Assembly (NCBI GenBank): GCA_050331735.1
Contig: JBHJGN010000053.1
Span: 1 to 30,317 of the forward strand
Length of the DNA stretch: 30,317 bases
Direction: 5' to 3'
Source of the DNA: Cyanophyceae cyanobacterium
GTDB lineage: Bacteria > Cyanobacteriota > Cyanobacteriia > Cyanobacteriales > JBHJGN01
Position numbers and translations under genes: made by a program. The notes beneath the pieces are model-generated. The model did no database searches and was not told where the DNA came from. It worked only from the letters and a program-made list of their open reading frames with translations. Positions within the stretch are counted from its first letter, which is position 1; every line of letters begins with the position of its first letter. Positions 9,394-17,514 of the stretch are shown piece after piece.

Positions 9394-10053
9394 TTAATCG
9401 AACCAGCCGAGGTCTTGATCCGACAACGATTGAGAATTACTGCGGCCAAGCGGTCTGTGGCGCAGTCCGTAAACAACTCGGCTGAGCTTCACTGGCGGTT
9501 CTGGTTCCTGTGACGGCGTTTGCTGGGGGAGAGCTGCTTGCGCCTGCTGGTGCTCTAACTCCGCATCACGGGTACGCATCTGCTGTAACTCCTCTTGATT
9601 TTTTTTGCGCTGCTGTTGTAGTTCAGTGACTTCAGCTCGAAGCTTGTGGACGAGCTGCTCCTGCTTCTCCAGCTCGGAGTTGCGGGCGCGAGTTTGCTGC
9701 AATTCCTGTTGCAGATTCTGATTCACCAATTTTTGCTCGTTTAGCTTCTCCTGGACAGAACTTGCTTCTTGTAGTTGCTGTTGAAGAGTTTGTCCCCAAA
9801 TTTTTTGTTCCTGTAAGGTTTTTTCAAGAGCATTTACCTGTTTTTGCAGCGTGTCAGCCTGCTGATTAGCTGCTGCCAGTGTCTCTGTCAGCTCCGCCAC
9901 CATCTCTTCTAGCTGTGCTTTAGTCGTTCGCTTAGCTCGAGCTCTAGGCGGTTCCTCGGCAGTGGCCCCCTCATTAGCAGAATCCATTTCCTTCTCCTGG
10001 GGAGCTTTGTGAGCCTCTTCTCGAATCAGGTCAGATAAGTTTCGTTTCGTCAT
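9394..10053 (-). CDS. mcdB: carboxysome-positioning adaptor McdB-like coiled-coil protein
   Basis: ATG 10053 overlaps the parA stop (ATGA). Charged N-terminus MTKRNLSDLIREEA, Q/E/L-rich coiled coil, and a Trp in the last residues (GWFD). Lies next to ccm/cup genes. Confidence 0.75.
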   Translation of the reverse strand: MTKRNLSDLIREEAHKAPQEKEMDSANEGATAEEPPRARAKRTTKAQLEEMVAELTETLAAANQQADTLQKQVNALEKTLQEQKIWGQTLQQQLQEASSVQEKLNEQKLVNQNLQQELQQTRARNSELEKQEQLVHKLRAEVTELQQQRKKNQEELQQMRTRDAELEHQQAQAALPQQTPSQEPEPPVKLSRVVYGLRHRPLGRSNSQSLSDQDLGWFD

Positions 10054-10703
10054 AGCTGACTCCAGTCTTGTGCTAGTTCTTTGACAACGCGGCGATAGTC
10101 GGTGGCGGCTTCGCGGGCGTGTTTGCCGCGCCACTCTGTTACCGACACTCCTTCTAAAACAGCTTGCTGATGAGCTTTATACGTTCTAATAAAGCCTCGA
10201 AAAGCCGGGATTCCTAATTCTTGAAGCGTATGTTGAGCTTCTTGAGCTTCTTTTAAACTTCGAGAATCCACTTTGGTCAGCAATACTCGATGGGCAATTC
10301 CTTGAGGCATCACGGTTTGCTGGACGGTTTCAATTAAAGCGCTCAAATCCATCGGCGAGGGGGGAGTGGGCAGCAAAATATAATCCGCCGTCGCCGCAAT
10401 CGACCCGAGTATTTTAGAGCCTAACGCCGGGGGCGTATCAACAACCACCACATCGTATTGACTGAGCTTTTGGAGATTGGCCAACAGCCGATAGTCGCTT
10501 TCTTGGGTGAGGTCAAAATCCGTTTCTTGAGGGTTGCGTTCAACCCACCAAGTGGCAGAGCCCTGGGGGTCGGCATCTACCAAGAGAACCTGCTGTTGCT
10601 CGGCTAAAATAGCGGCCAGATTAACTGCCGTCGTCGTTTTGCCAACTCCTCCCTTGCCGTTAATCACCGCCAAAATTTTTGTTGTTGAGGCTGATGATGC
10701 CAA
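10050..10703 (-). CDS. mcdA: ParA/MinD-family ATPase, McdA-like (signature lysine present)
   Basis: KGGVGKTTT deviant Walker A, DADPQGSATWW (double Trp), VVDTPP. No HTH. Coupled to a downstream coiled-coil gene. Confidence 0.8.
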   Translation of the reverse strand: MASSASTTKILAVINGKGGVGKTTTAVNLAAILAEQQQVLLVDADPQGSATWWVERNPQETDFDLTQESDYRLLANLQKLSQYDVVVVDTPPALGSKILGSIAATADYILLPTPPSPMDLSALIETVQQTVMPQGIAHRVLLTKVDSRSLKEAQEAQHTLQELGIPAFRGFIRTYKAHQQAVLEGVSVTEWRGKHAREAATDYRRVVKELAQDWSQL

Positions 10704-10779
10704 GAACCGTCTCCAGTATTGATATGTTGGGTGAATGTGCTAACACTATACTCCTTATTGAGCCGTTAGCTACTCGCTT

Positions 10780-11913
10780 TTATGACTGATTCGCTTCTCC
10801 AATCTGCGAACTGACTAGCCGATTCATCCATCCTTCTAAATAAGCGCGATTGCTTTTTTGCTGTTCTAAATCTTCGGTGTCTAAAGAATAGGGAGCCAAC
10901 CCCTGAATTGCTGCCGTCGTTACGCAGTACATTGACTTTTGAAAACTGACGCAAATTTTCACCAGGAGGTCATCTTCTCCCCGGAGTTCCTGCTGATAAA
11001 CTTGGCGCAAATAATCGGGAAGGAAATGACGCATATCCTGCATCAGCAACGTCGGCGGAATTCCCGCCCCCCCCACCGGCAGCGGATCGGCAAATAAGGC
11101 GCCGTACTCAAACAAACTTTGATCGTAAGGGATTTGATAGGCTTGGGCGTTGTAGGAAACTGTGCCGGGGAAAGGCGTTCCTCTAAAAAAGATAGCCTCT
11201 ACATAAGGAACCGCCGTATCCGGCAGAAACGTTAGCCCAGCAGCTTCTGGAATCAATGTATAGACCCGCTCGTTAATCATTACTTGGTAAGTAATCGGCT
11301 GATTAGCCGCTGCTACCAATCCATCCAAAATGTGCTGAACGACTTCCGGAATCGACCGAATTTCTCCTCGGTCATAGCGATCCGATAAACTCAAAAACAG
11401 ATCGCTCATCACCCGCCAGAACTGACCCAAGCCGCTGTAGTAAGCCAGTTGCCGTACCTGTTCGGGCAAAAAGTCGGGGAAGATTTTGTGCAATCCCAGC
11501 ATCAGCCAGTTATTCTGCAATTGTGCGCGAATGGCCTGCTCGGTTACCAACTCAAATTCAGGAGAATCGAGGTAAGCATCTAATCCGCCGCCACCGTGCC
11601 AGAACATTGTTTTCATGCAGTATTCAGCGTATTCGTAGTTGATGCGATTTCCCCACCAGTGACGCAGAAGCTGCCGAAAAGACACCGAGCCGTTGAAATA
11701 CTTGAAAAACGGAAAGAGAACTAAGAATTGGTGTTCAGCGATGTAGCACAAGTTGGTAGAGTAGGCATCTAAAACGACGCCGTAACTTTTTAAGATCCCC
11801 ACGACCTCTAAAACGTTTTTAGGAGTATCTTTGAGTAAAGCGCCTCCCGACTCTAGACGAGCAATATATTCAGCAAGGGGATGTTTAGAGGATTGCAGCG
11901 CTATGCTGACCAT
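10780..11913 (-). CDS. cupB: CO2 hydration protein CupB (ChpX)
   Basis: EVVGILKSYGVVLDAY, RINYEYAEYC, YYSGLGQFWRVM, FFRGTPFPG, PPTLLMQDMRHF. 377 aa, which is CupB-sized; downstream of ndhF4/ndhD4. Confidence 0.92.
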   Translation of the reverse strand: MVSIALQSSKHPLAEYIARLESGGALLKDTPKNVLEVVGILKSYGVVLDAYSTNLCYIAEHQFLVLFPFFKYFNGSVSFRQLLRHWWGNRINYEYAEYCMKTMFWHGGGGLDAYLDSPEFELVTEQAIRAQLQNNWLMLGLHKIFPDFLPEQVRQLAYYSGLGQFWRVMSDLFLSLSDRYDRGEIRSIPEVVQHILDGLVAAANQPITYQVMINERVYTLIPEAAGLTFLPDTAVPYVEAIFFRGTPFPGTVSYNAQAYQIPYDQSLFEYGALFADPLPVGGAGIPPTLLMQDMRHFLPDYLRQVYQQELRGEDDLLVKICVSFQKSMYCVTTAAIQGLAPYSLDTEDLEQQKSNRAYLEGWMNRLVSSQIGEANQS

Positions 11914-12158
11914 TCGATGTTTTTCCTAAATTAAACTTTAAGCGCAGGAAGCAGGTTTCTCGTCAGAAATAGTTCTCCGTCAGTAGATGGCGTTAAACAA
12001 TCAGTTAGGACAGTTGGCAGTCAGATGTCATGTTCGGAAGCTTAACGTTTCTGCCTCAATAGCTGCGTCTTTGTATAAACATTTTTTCATTGTACAAAGA
12101 CTCAGCCAATCTACTGCCCCTAGAAGAATGCTCTTTCTCTCTGCTGCCTGAAATTTTT

Positions 12159-13655
12159 TTACAAAACTGATGGACGAGATTCAGCTTGGCCGGTCAGTTC
12201 CCAATCATTGGTCACTAAGTCGGTGGCTTGTGTTTCACTCCAGCGCACCATCCAGTCCGGCTGTAGACCGAAAGCCACAATAATTGCAATCAGCACAAAA
12301 GCCGGGATGTGCTCGGACCAGGGAACCTGGGGAAGCTGAGCGAGTTCTGGAGTTAGCCGACCGAAAAAGACGCGATTGACGACCAGCAAAAAGTATACTG
12401 CCGTCAATCCAGTTCCTACCAGACACAGGAGGGTAGAGATGGGAAAAATCGGAAAGCTGCCGCGAAAGACTAAAAACTCAGCAATAAACCCAACCATGCC
12501 AGGAATTCCAGCGCTGGCCATCACTCCCAAAATCATCAGGCTCCCAACAATGGGCATTCCTTTTTCGGGGTTGAGTAAACCCCGCAGTATCTGAACATCG
12601 CGACTACCGGTCTTGTTGTAAACCACGCCGACGAGCAGAAAGAGGAGAGCAGAAATTAAGCCGTGGCTCACCATTTGAAAAACTGCCGCCGTTAGACTCA
12701 GCGGCGTACTGGCCGCAGCGGCTAATAAAATATAGGCCATGTGAGCGATAGAAGAATAGGCAACGACCTTTTTCATATCCTGCTGGGCGATCGCACAGCA
12801 GGCTCCATAGAGAGCGCTGACGGCGGCTAAAACGGCTAGCCACGGCGCTAGCGTTACCCACGCCTCCAAAAATAACCCCACTCCAAACCGCAGTAAGCCG
12901 TAAGTGCCTAACTTCAACAAGACTCCAGCCAGCAGAACAGAGATGGGAGTAGAAGCTTCAACGTGAGCATCCGGTAGCCAGGTGTGGAACGGAAAAATCG
13001 GAATTTTGATGAATAACCCCACCAGTAACGGCACCAGCAGCAGCAGTTGGGTGTGGAGCGGGAGAGCCGCAGAGCGCAGCGGCTCGTAATCGAAGGTAGC
13101 AGCTCCGCTTACCAGGACTAGCCCTAAAAATGAAGCCAGCACCAAAATGCCAGAAACGGTGGTGTAGAGCAGGAATTTCATGGCCGCGTAGCCGCGGCGT
13201 TGGCCCCCCCAGATGGCAATGAGAAAATAGAGCGGAATAATTTCTAGCTCGTAAAACAGAAAAAATAGCAGTAAGTCCTGAGCCAGAAACGCGCCAGCGG
13301 CTCCAGCACTGAGCAAAAAGAGTAAAGCGTAATAGAATCGGGGACGTTCGATTTCTTTTGGGCTGCTAATGACCGCTACAAGGGTCAGGAGGCTGTTTAA
13401 ACAGATGAGCGGAAATGATAAACCATCGATCCCCAAATGGTAGTTAAAGCCCAGCCAGTCAATCCAGGGGACGTACTCAGTAAACTGCATCTGAGCGGTG
13501 GTTGGTTGAAACTGACTGCCTAAGAAGACGGTCAAGAGCAGTAAGCCGCTGGCGATGAGGAGGGCAACCGAACGAACTTGGGACGAACGGCGATTGGGGA
13601 AAAATCCCAAGACCGCTGCACTCAATAAAGGGATCCAAACTAAAGCACTGAGCAT
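12159..13655 (-). CDS. ndhD4: NDH-1 subunit D4 (CO2 uptake); likely start ATG 13655
   Basis: NuoM-type: GIDGLSFPL, FYELEIIPLYFLIAIWGG, IKIPIFPFHTWLPDAHVEA, KLGTYG, GLLNPEKG. Located between ndhF4 and cupB. Confidence 0.9.
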   Translation of the reverse strand: MLSALVWIPLLSAAVLGFFPNRRSSQVRSVALLIASGLLLLTVFLGSQFQPTTAQMQFTEYVPWIDWLGFNYHLGIDGLSFPLICLNSLLTLVAVISSPKEIERPRFYYALLFLLSAGAAGAFLAQDLLLFFLFYELEIIPLYFLIAIWGGQRRGYAAMKFLLYTTVSGILVLASFLGLVLVSGAATFDYEPLRSAALPLHTQLLLLVPLLVGLFIKIPIFPFHTWLPDAHVEASTPISVLLAGVLLKLGTYGLLRFGVGLFLEAWVTLAPWLAVLAAVSALYGACCAIAQQDMKKVVAYSSIAHMAYILLAAAASTPLSLTAAVFQMVSHGLISALLFLLVGVVYNKTGSRDVQILRGLLNPEKGMPIVGSLMILGVMASAGIPGMVGFIAEFLVFRGSFPIFPISTLLCLVGTGLTAVYFLLVVNRVFFGRLTPELAQLPQVPWSEHIPAFVLIAIIVAFGLQPDWMVRWSETQATDLVTNDWELTGQAESRPSVL

Positions 13656-13697
13656 GATCGTGTCGATTCTGATTGTTGTATCCGAGGAGGAGGGCAC

Positions 13698-15593
13698 TCA
13701 CTGACTAATGACTGATGACCAGTAGTTGGTGACGATCGACCACTGACCATTCAGGACTGACCAGAGCAACACCCCAACTCCTAAGACAATCGTGAGCACA
13801 TAGAACTGGGACTGACCCGAAACGTTATACTTGAGGGCATTGCCGCTGAAAATTGTGGCCAAGCTGACAAAGTTGACGGCTCCATCGACCAAGTACCGGT
13901 CGATCCAAGACGTGATTTTGGCCGAGAACGCCACCGCCCAGACCACGGTCCAGCGATAGATGCGCTCGATGTAGAAATCGTACGCCAGTAAATCTTGCCA
14001 AAATCGCCAGTAGAGTTTGGTCGGTCTGGCCCAGGCTCGCCGGAGCCGCAGAGATGCACCGACGAAACATCCTAACACTCCAGACCCTACAAGCAGGGGC
14101 ATTGCTAGCTGAGCCGCCTCCTGACTACTGACGAGGGGAGCCGTGGGACTCAGCCATAGAGGCCAGTTGAGAGGAACCGAGGGTGCGAGCAGCGTAATGA
14201 TGCTTAAAGAGACCATCGGCACTGCCATTGGCCAGGGCACTTCTGGCGCTCGGCGAGTTTTGGGCTTTGTTTGACCGAGAAAGATGAGGCGGAACAGGCG
14301 CGTGAGGTTTAATGCACACAGAGCATTGACAAACAACAGCACTCCCAGCAGCCACCAGGAGACGGCCCAAGAGCCGCTAAACCAGCGTACTAACGTCCAA
14401 AACATGCCCAGGGGCACCAGCGCCACGAGTCCCGCACCGCCAACGACAAACGCCGTGGTGGTGGCCGGCATCCGCGACCACAGTCCTCCCATTTCTGTCA
14501 CGTTTTGATCGTTCGTGGTTAGAATAATCGAGCCAACGCTCATAAACAGGAGTGCTTTGGCGACAGCGTGGGTAAACAGCAGCAGAAAGGCAATATCAAC
14601 TTGACCTAAGCCGACAGCGATAAAAACGAGTCCTAAGTAGGCACTGGTGGAGTGAGCAAGCGCCCGTTTGAGATCGATTTGGGCGATCGCTATTAAAGAG
14701 GTGCCGATGGCCGTAACGGTGCCAACAATAATGAGAGCATCGCTGGAAACAGGAGAGAGCGTAAACACTGGCTGGAGCTTGATCAGCACGTAGGCTCCAG
14801 CCGATACCACCACCGAATTTCGCATGATTGAAGCGGGGTTTGGTCCCTCCATCGCTTCGTCTAGCCACAGATTCAGCGGAAACTGCGCACACTTTCCTGT
14901 CGGACCCGCAACCAATGAGAGCCCCAGGAGGGCCGCCGTGGCCGCTGGCAGCGGAGATGTCTCTGCCCAGGCTTCGAGTTGGGAGAAGGTTAACCCTGCT
15001 CCATAACTGGATAGGGCTACTAACCCCATCAGCAAAATAATATCTCCGACTCTTTTCGTCAAAAAGGCATCTCTGGCTGCGGTAACCACGAGGGGTTGGG
15101 CATACCAAAAGCCAACCAGGAGATAGGTTGATAAGGTTAGCATCTCCAGAAGCGCATAGGAGAGCAGCAGAGAATCGCTAATGGCAATTCCCCCGAGCGC
15201 GGCTTCAAAAAATCCCATGAGCCCGTAGAATCGAGCTAAAGACCAGTCTTTCTCCATGTAGCCAAGAGCATAAACCTGAGCCAGCAGACTAATGCCGGTA
15301 ACCACCTCCAAGGCTCCTAAACTAATGGGAGAAAGTTCGATCGCTAGAGATAAATTCAAGTCCGCAACCTGAAGCCAGTGAAAGACAAGCTGCCGGGTTG
15401 GTTGCTGCCAGATTACTGAAAAGACAATAGAGCCTTGGATAAAGGCAATCAGGGTCAGGATGAGATTGATATAGGCGGCTGGTCGCGGTCCCGTCTGGCG
15501 AATAGTGCCTAAAGACCAGGGCAGGGTCAAAATAGCGCCTAGCAGACCATATATAGGAATCAGCCAGGTCGTGTTTAATAAGAAGTCAGCCAT
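13698..15593 (-). CDS. ndhF4: NDH-1 subunit F4 (CO2 uptake)
   Basis: TGPRPAAYIN, GYMEKDWSLARF, ARDAFLTKRVGD, GKCAQFPLNLWLDEAMEGP, KYNVSGQSQ. Confidence 0.9.
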   Translation of the reverse strand: MADFLLNTTWLIPIYGLLGAILTLPWSLGTIRQTGPRPAAYINLILTLIAFIQGSIVFSVIWQQPTRQLVFHWLQVADLNLSLAIELSPISLGALEVVTGISLLAQVYALGYMEKDWSLARFYGLMGFFEAALGGIAISDSLLLSYALLEMLTLSTYLLVGFWYAQPLVVTAARDAFLTKRVGDIILLMGLVALSSYGAGLTFSQLEAWAETSPLPAATAALLGLSLVAGPTGKCAQFPLNLWLDEAMEGPNPASIMRNSVVVSAGAYVLIKLQPVFTLSPVSSDALIIVGTVTAIGTSLIAIAQIDLKRALAHSTSAYLGLVFIAVGLGQVDIAFLLLFTHAVAKALLFMSVGSIILTTNDQNVTEMGGLWSRMPATTTAFVVGGAGLVALVPLGMFWTLVRWFSGSWAVSWWLLGVLLFVNALCALNLTRLFRLIFLGQTKPKTRRAPEVPWPMAVPMVSLSIITLLAPSVPLNWPLWLSPTAPLVSSQEAAQLAMPLLVGSGVLGCFVGASLRLRRAWARPTKLYWRFWQDLLAYDFYIERIYRWTVVWAVAFSAKITSWIDRYLVDGAVNFVSLATIFSGNALKYNVSGQSQFYVLTIVLGVGVLLWSVLNGQWSIVTNYWSSVISQ

Positions 15594-15724
15594 CCAAACT
15601 GCCTTAAGTTTTACAAAGTTGCTTAAAGTTGCTTACAGATTTATGTCTATTTGTGATTTTTTCAAGAAAACAAACGCCAATTTTGTCGAAGTTTGTTGGT
15701 GTCCTCTGAAAAAAATTTGTTTGA

Positions 15725-15745
15725 ATTATCAGTATAGTTGATAAT
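15725..15745. promoter_or_regulatory. candidate LysR-type (CbbR/RbcR/CcmR-like) site upstream of ndhF4
   Basis: Perfect inverted repeat ATTATCA-N7-TGATAAT containing TCA-N7-TGA (the TNA-N7-TNA pattern). Confidence 0.45.
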
Positions 15746-16116
15746 ACTTATACTTGTCCTTAAACATTAGGAACAAACTAACGAAGGTTGAATGAACTCC
15801 GCTGATAAAAAGCAGCGGACCAGCGAGCAGTGACTTTGCTCAAGTCTTTTCTCTGTCTATGCTTTCTGAGCAGAGGGCTGTGAGAACTATTACCTAGCTG
15901 TTGCTCATTCCGCATTCAGTTCTCCCAGGAGTAAACAAGCGACATCTAGAGAGAGCGAGGCAGCGAGCTCAAGACTTTAGTATTGAAGAGATTATAAAAC
16001 AGTGAGAACAATTCGTGGAAGCTGCCGATTTCTGTACACAAGCTGCTACAAAAAGCAAGTATTAATTTTCGTTAACTTAAATATTAAAAAGTATCATAAT
16101 GATTTATATTGTCAAA

Positions 16117-16171
16117 GGTGACAGGGTTTCCTACCATTTTTGTATGGACAAAATTAGGACTTCCTGTCACC
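16117..16171 (+). promoter_or_regulatory. stacked hairpin in the ccmK2 leader
   Basis: Nested pairings GGTGACAGG/CCTGTCACC, TCCTA/TAGGA and TTTTGT/ACAAAA. A -10-like TATATT lies at 16105-16110. Confidence 0.5.
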
Positions 16172-16376
16172 AAAGTCAGGCTAGTTTAAAACTTATTTCC
16201 TGATTTTCTGAAATTAGTAGGAAATTTTTCGGCTGAAGAGCAGCAGGATTCGATTTTGGCTCGAATATGCTGGCTCTAAAGCAATGCCGCTAGCGAAACC
16301 ATTTTTGATCGACTCAAAAATTTCTGGCGGTTTGTTGAAATCAATTTTTAGTGAAGCAGAACGAGCGAGGACAACT

Positions 16377-16688
16377 ATGCCAATCGCAGTAGGAATGATA
16401 GAAACGTTGGGTTTTCCAGCAGTTGTTGAAGCAGCGGATGCGATGGTCAAAGCAGCCCGTGTCACCCTGGTCGGCTACGAGAAGATCGGCACCGGACGAG
16501 TAACAGTAATTGTCAGGGGCGATGTCTCTGAAGTGCAGGCTTCAGTCTCAGCCGGAATTGATGCGGCCAACCGCGTTAATGGAGGAGAGGTGCTTTCTAC
16601 TCACATTATTGCCCGTCCCCACGAGAACCTGGAGTACGTTTTGCCAATCCGCTATACCGAAGAGGTAGAACAATTCCGCACCTATTAG
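16377..16688 (+). CDS. ccmK2: carboxysome shell hexamer CcmK2 (103 aa)
   Basis: [29 protein letters not shown]...[26 protein letters not shown]. The longer ORF start at 16284 is probably spurious. Confidence 0.95.
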   Translation: MPIAVGMIETLGFPAVVEAADAMVKAARVTLVGYEKIGTGRVTVIVRGDVSEVQASVSAGIDAANRVNGGEVLSTHIIARPHENLEYVLPIRYTEEVEQFRTY

Positions 16689-16787
16689 ATCTAGTAGATC
16701 TCGCTCAACCAATAGAAAGAGCCAGCAAATTAGCGTAGTCAGCAGTCTCGCTGATTTGCGGCGTGACCAGCAGTTTTAGGAGGAAAA

Positions 16788-17126
16788 ATGTCAATTGCAG
16801 TCGGAATGATAGAAACGTTAGGTTTTCCAGCGGTTGTTGAAGCAGCGGATGCGATGGTCAAAGCAGCCCGCGTCACCCTGGTCGGCTACGAGAAGATCGG
16901 CACCGGACGAGTAACAGTGATTGTTAGGGGTGATGTCTCTGAAGTGCAGGCCTCAGTCTCGGCTGGAATCGACAACGTTCGACGGGTCAACGGTGGTCAG
17001 GTGCTCTCTCACCACATTATTGCCCGTCCTCATGAAAACCTCGAGTACGTCTTGCCCATTCGCTACACAGAGGCGGTTGAGCAATTTCGAGAAAGCGTGA
17101 ATCCGCAACCGTTGAGAAGACCATAA
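16788..17126 (+). CDS. ccmK1: carboxysome shell hexamer CcmK1
   Basis: BMC domain with a C-terminal extension ([13 protein letters not shown]); AGGAGG RBS. Confidence 0.95.
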   Translation: MSIAVGMIETLGFPAVVEAADAMVKAARVTLVGYEKIGTGRVTVIVRGDVSEVQASVSAGIDNVRRVNGGQVLSHHIIARPHENLEYVLPIRYTEAVEQFRESVNPQPLRRP

Positions 17127-17134
17127 GGGAAGCA

Positions 17135-17473
17135 ATGCAAATTGCCAAGGTCCGAGGCACAGTCGTTAGTACTCAAAAGGTCCAAAATCTGACAGGAGTC
17201 AAACTGCTGCTAGTGCAGTTCGTTGACGAACAGGGACAACCGTTGCCTAAGTACGAGGTGGCAGGGGATATTGTTGGGGCGGGAGTCAATGAGTGGGTGC
17301 TGGTCACCAGGGGAAGCGCGGCTCGTCAGGAAGGCGGACACGAACGCCGCCCTCTTGATGCTATGGTCGTTGCCATTATTGATACCGTCACTGTAAGCAA
17401 TAGTTTGCTCTATAGCAAAAAGGACGAATATCGCGCAGCAAGACGAATTGGCTCAGGCGATGCTCAGACCTAA
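17135..17473 (+). CDS. ccmL: carboxysome vertex pentamer CcmL
   Basis: MQIAKVRGTVVSTQK..L.GVKLLLVQ, VGAG..EWVLV.RGSAAR, DAMVVAIIDTV. Confidence 0.95.
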   Translation: MQIAKVRGTVVSTQKVQNLTGVKLLLVQFVDEQGQPLPKYEVAGDIVGAGVNEWVLVTRGSAARQEGGHERRPLDAMVVAIIDTVTVSNSLLYSKKDEYRAARRIGSGDAQT

Positions 17474-17514
17474 ACAATTAACGGTAGAGATAATGTAATT
17501 AGGAGAATTTGCCC

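Noticed and set aside
8922..9476. 184-aa minus-strand ORF overlapping the DUF6464-like gene
   Set aside because: Alternate frame over a better-supported gene, with atypical composition.
16284..16376. N-terminal extension of CcmK2 in the ORF track (likewise rbcL from 20975, mcdB from 10134, ndhD4 from 13697)
   Set aside because: Family homology begins at the downstream ATGs; the extensions look like longest-ORF artefacts.
16386..16970. High DNA identity between ccmK2 and ccmK1
   Set aside because: Expected for these well-known paralogs.
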